Below the pieces are notes generated by a model that saw only the letters and a program-made list of their open reading frames with translations, had not been told where the DNA came from and ran no database searches. DNA of 64,000 nucleotides from an uncultured Acidobacteriota bacterium (lineage in GTDB: Bacteria; Acidobacteriota; Terriglobia; UBA7540), in assembly GCA_963804995.1 (NCBI GenBank), contig CAWDSK010000009.1, positions 32,001 to 96,000 of the forward strand, written 5' to 3'. Position 1 is the first letter of the stretch. Every line of letters starts with the position of its first letter. Of the stretch, positions 60,724-64,000 are shown one piece after another. The translations under genes and the position numbers were made by a program.

Positions 60724-61026
60724 TTAGTGCCCGCTTCCTGACGGCGCGCTGGCGCGTGCAACGCCTTGCCGGACGATCGCCGGAGGGGAGCGGAACGGGT
60801 CGGGGGGAATTTCCTCGCCATCTTTCACCAAGGCCCGGAGGTGGCAGCGAACCGCGTCTTCCGCCATCTCGCGCGCTTCCGCAATGGTCCGGCCATAGGT
60901 CACGATTCCGGGCAGCGCCGGAACAATAACCTGGTACCCGCCCTCCAAGAGCCCTTCGTAGATGACCGTGTACCCGTGCTGGGCAGAAACGACTTGCTTG
61001 CGAAGCTTGGCGTGGGTTCGCGGCAT
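60724..61026 (-). CDS. HicB family antitoxin (no hicA nearby)
   Basis: YTVIYE...GGYQVIVPALPGIVTYGRTIAEAREMAEDA...GEEIP. Confidence 0.85.
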   Translation of the reverse strand: MPRTHAKLRKQVVSAQHGYTVIYEGLLEGGYQVIVPALPGIVTYGRTIAEAREMAEDAVRCHLRALVKDGEEIPPDPFRSPPAIVRQGVARASAPSGSGH

Positions 61027-61250
61027 GGACTTTGGCCCCTCCTCGCGTATTCTAGCACGATGTCAACGTTGGTGCGTGGGCAGGGGAGCCCAGCGGTCTA
61101 TCGGTCGACCGCATCACCCTGCCCGCCGATCCTCGCACGCGGATTTGAGGCGATGCGAAAAGAGGGAAATGCCGAAGGGGAGAGCCGCTGAGGAGCGCAA
61201 AATACGCGCACCTCATCGCTACCCCAACACGACCTCCGCGGTACCCGGTT

Positions 61251-61376
61251 CACATATTCGCGGATCGCTTCCGTCGCCACAAACGAGCGGCTGCGGCGCT
61301 GCGACTTCGCCAAACGGTCCAGCCGTTCCCGCAGTTCAGGCTCCAAGCGTACGGTCACTACCGGGGTGGTCGCCAT
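61251..61376 (-). pseudogene. Truncated CopG/RHH antitoxin
   Basis: VTVRLEPELRERLDRLAKSQRRSRSFVATEAIREYV, then non-homologous read-through; no toxin follows. Confidence 0.65.
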
Positions 61377-61681
61377 GATGCACTCCTAACACAACCGAAT
61401 ACACGTGATTCTACCATGTCCAAAAGAGGCGGGAAAAGGACTTGCGCACCTACCAACTCGTACACTGCCAGCGCCCCTAACTAGGAACTCCCGGTGGATT
61501 CCCCGGCATTGTTAATAAGGAAACGTGGGGACAAGGAAATGGACTGCACCCCAAAACTGAGACAGAGAAAATGGTGAAATAGGTGACTTTCCCCGCTGGT
61601 TCTTAACATTCATCTTTAGGGGAAGGAAATGGTACCTTATACTGTTTCATCCTTGCTAGGCGGGAGGGCGGCACGACGGAC

Positions 61682-61966
61682 ATGGAACCCGTTTTTCGCT
61701 GGCATCCCAAGAAAGCACGGTCCAACTTACGCAAGCACGGTGTTTCGTTTGAGGAGGCCGCCTCGGTGTTTCGAGACACCCTTTCGGTCACGATTGCCGA
61801 CCCTTTGCACTCGGGCGAGGAGGATCGATTTGTGACCATTGGGCAGTCTGCCCGGAACAGGACCTTAGTTGTGGTACATTTAGAAGTTGCGGACCAGATT
61901 CGAATCATCAGCGCAAGAACTGCCACACCACGGGAACGGAGCAACTATGAGGAAGGGTCGCTCTAA
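61682..61966 (+). CDS. BrnT family toxin
   Basis: FRW..KARSNLRKHGVSFEEA, HS..EDRF..IG, IRIISAR.AT..ER..YE. Confidence 0.92.
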   Translation: MEPVFRWHPKKARSNLRKHGVSFEEAASVFRDTLSVTIADPLHSGEEDRFVTIGQSARNRTLVVVHLEVADQIRIISARTATPRERSNYEEGSL

Positions 61967-62186
61967 TCGGAATTCCGAAGAGATGTTGCCGGAATATGAC
62001 TTTTCCCGCGGGGTACGCGGGAAATATGCCGACCGGTTTACAAAAGAGACGATCATGGTGGTACTTGACCCTGACGTAGCCGCGATATTTCCCGACCGGA
62101 AGTCGGTCAACACGGCCCTGAGGGCTCTCGGCCAGGTCGTCCGCGACCGCCAACGGGCTTCGGCACGCCGCCGCGCCACCGGGTGA
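61947..62186 (+). CDS. BrnA-like antitoxin
   Basis: EMLPEYDFS.GVRGKY, VVLDPDVA..FP..KSVNTALR; overlaps brnT. Confidence 0.85.
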   Translation: MRKGRSNRNSEEMLPEYDFSRGVRGKYADRFTKETIMVVLDPDVAAIFPDRKSVNTALRALGQVVRDRQRASARRRATG

Positions 62187-62486
62187 GGGCAAAAGCGCGA
62201 GACGCAAGCTGGTCGGCAGCTCCTGGCCCGAGCGCTGGGAGTTCATTCCCACCAGCTCTTCTCTTGAATCTTGAATCGCTCTCCACTCCCTCGGGGCTCT
62301 TCCAGCTTTTGCCAAAGGTTTTGATGGATTATGGCGCTGGCTGGGGAAATCGCACGAACCGTGACGGCACTACTCCGCCGGTTCTTAACATTCATCTTGG
62401 GGAGAAGAACGGTACCGGATACCGATTCATCCCCCGGAACTAATTCAAGGCTTAATGCAAACGGATTTCCCATGGATGTCAGTCAA

Positions 62487-62647
62487 GAGCAGGGTAGCGC
62501 AGACTCTCGCATCTCAGAGAGCGGCTTTCCCCCTGCCACGACCCGCGGTTCTCGGCTTTGATCGCCGTAGCCGCATGTTCACAAAAAGTGGGCGTTTACC
62601 ATGTTAAGAACCGCAGACTTTGAACGGCACAAAGTATGCGCCACCCC
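62487..62647. repeat. REPIN/MITE-like element (copy of 12966-13131)
   Basis: Near-identical sequence with slightly degenerate ends. Confidence 0.85.
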
Positions 62648-62651
62648 GCTG

Positions 62652-62861
62652 TCAGCCATTGGCACGCTTGGCAACCTTGATCGTTGATCGTAACGAGCCA
62701 ATTGTGTCAGACGGTTTGGCGCGTTGACCATCCGCTCGGAAAAATGCAATACTGCCAGGGTCAATGCCTAAAACGTCTTCCTCTAGCCATTTTGCTGCTC
62801 TTCCCAACTTCAATGTTCCGCTTCGAAGACGGGGTTCCTTATCTCCTAATGGGGTCTTCAT
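62652..62861 (-). CDS. Small hypothetical protein
   Basis: GGAGG SD upstream; protein-like 69-aa ORF. Confidence 0.45.
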   Translation of the reverse strand: MKTPLGDKEPRLRSGTLKLGRAAKWLEEDVLGIDPGSIAFFRADGQRAKPSDTIGSLRSTIKVAKRANG

Positions 62862-63014
62862 ATCACCCTCCTTTACCCGGAAATATTATCGCTTCCTAAG
62901 GTGGTTTGATAAGAAGCAGAAAACCGGGACAGTTCGTAGCGCGGACCGCCCCGATCTGATCGGGGTCCGCGTCTTTTCTCGCCATGATGTTACAGACTAT
63001 TGTAGTGTAGCGCC

Positions 63015-63250
63015 GTGTCCAAGTTGCGGCGTCCTTTTCCCCGATATTTCTTCATCACCGTGCTCCTGCTTCCTCGGCGTACAAAGTTGATGGAGGAAAA
63101 ACCGCGGACCGCAACCCCGGCGGTCCGCGCTACCCTTCAGGCTGTTGGCCCGCGCCTTCAACCGAGCCGGCGCTTTGCACCGTTTCTATTTGACGGCCTG
63201 GGTTTTTCTCCCCGGCCACGGGCATTGTATCGTTGCGCCACAGTACCCGG
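63015..63250 (+). pseudogene. Degraded REP-associated tyrosine transposase (RAYT, HUH/Y1) with a REP inside it
   Basis: SKLRRPF..YFFITV...TKL, then REP arm 63101-63133, then LARAFNRA..FYLTAWVFLPGHGHCI (degenerate LPDHxH); second REP at 62937-62971. Confidence 0.7.
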
Positions 63251-63310
63251 TTGACACCCTTTCCCGCAGGGCCTATCATTTACTTCAGGAAGTCATGAAT
63301 TCCGACTTCC
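63251..63310 (+). promoter_or_regulatory. Sigma-70 promoter and operator of the AbrB/RelE operon
   Basis: TTGACA-N17-TATCAT followed by the GGAAGTC-N9-GACTTCC palindrome. Confidence 0.75.
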
Positions 63311-63324
63311 CGACACCCATCACC

Positions 63325-63648
63325 ATGAGCACCATCGTTAGAGTACAGCGCAAGGGCCAGGTTACCATCCCCAAGCGCCTCCGCGCCCAAGTAGGCTTGG
63401 TTGACGGCGACCTCGTAGAAGCCAGGGCGCACCGGGGCAAAATTGTTCTTACCCCGAAGTCAGTCGTTGACCGCGAAAACACGCCAGCCCAACGCCGGGC
63501 CATCGACGCCCGCCTCGCGGAAGGCTTGGCAGATATCAAGGCCGGCCGCACCTTCGGACCCTTCAACAGCGCCGACGAGATGATCGCGCATATGGAAGCC
63601 CGCACGGCGAAGAAACCGACCGCTCAGAGGCGGAAACGCTCTCGATGA
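63325..63648 (+). CDS. AbrB/MazE/SpoVT family antitoxin
   Basis: VRVQRKGQVTIPKRLR..VGL..GDLVE, GLADIKAGRTFGPF. Confidence 0.9.
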   Translation: MSTIVRVQRKGQVTIPKRLRAQVGLVDGDLVEARAHRGKIVLTPKSVVDRENTPAQRRAIDARLAEGLADIKAGRTFGPFNSADEMIAHMEARTAKKPTAQRRKRSR

Positions 63649-63890
63649 AGGTTGACTATTCCGAACGCGCCGGCAGAACCTTGGACGGCCTCACGCCTCA
63701 GTTGCGCAGGGCCGTTTATAAACAGGTGAAGCTTTTGGAGCAGAACCTCCGCCACCCGTCGCTCCGAGCGAAGAAATACGACGAATCACGGAACATCTGG
63801 CAGGCCCGCGTCAACAAGGATTGGCGCTTTTATTTTCTTATCCAAGACGATGTCTACTACATCATCGACATTATCCCTCACCCCAAGTAA
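63645..63890 (+). CDS. RelE/ParE superfamily toxin
   Basis: LEQNLRHPSLRAKK, IWQARVNKDWRFYF, IIPHPK; ATGA overlap. Confidence 0.85.
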   Translation: MKVDYSERAGRTLDGLTPQLRRAVYKQVKLLEQNLRHPSLRAKKYDESRNIWQARVNKDWRFYFLIQDDVYYIIDIIPHPK

Positions 63891-63894
63891 TCCC

Positions 63895-64000
63895 GAGCAG
63901 GGCGCAGACTCTCGCCTCTCAGAGAGTCTGCGGCTTTCCCCCGGCCACAACCCGCAGTTCTGGGTTTTGATCGCCGCAGCCGCCTGTTCACAAAAAGTTG
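63895..64000. repeat. REPIN/MITE-like element copy, cut by the window end
   Basis: GAGCAGGG..CGCAGACTCTCGCCTCTCAGAGAGTCTGCGGCTTTCC matches 12966. Confidence 0.85.

Noticed and set aside
63145..63324. Long N-terminus on the AbrB antitoxin
   Set aside because: In-frame RAYT remnant plus promoter DNA; a consensus promoter lies inside it

Overview
GC-rich bacterial chromosomal window, most likely Acidobacteriota (Terriglobia-like; it has an acidobacterial ADOP permease with a PadR remnant). It carries mostly metabolic and housekeeping genes (SDRs, GH88, GH20, amidohydrolase, ilvD, kbl-like, thiD, larA-family, msrB, RNase HI, GldAFG-like ABC system, Fur module), a Crp/two-component block bracketed by inverted repeats, one intact IS5-family element, several intact or decayed toxin-antitoxin modules and a dense set of intergenic repeats (GTAG REP/REPIN arrays, a degraded RAYT, inverted heptamer arrays). 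No rRNA, tRNA or CRISPR was seen. Three signals stand out. (1) Two oppositely oriented gene-free arrays (7 + 3 copies) of a motif shaped like a sigma-28-family promoter (CTCAT-N17-CCGATAA), each followed by a conserved GGGGAGTGTGTCACGG-like leader; the larger array is flanked by IHF boxes. (2) An exported thioredoxin split in the ORF track by an in-frame TGA in a UxxC active site, followed by a SECIS-like hairpin (probable selenoprotein). (3) A GxxExxY nuclease-like gene embedded in its own palindrome array, organised like a RAYT/REP locus. All calls come from reading the sequence and recognising motifs; no searches were run.
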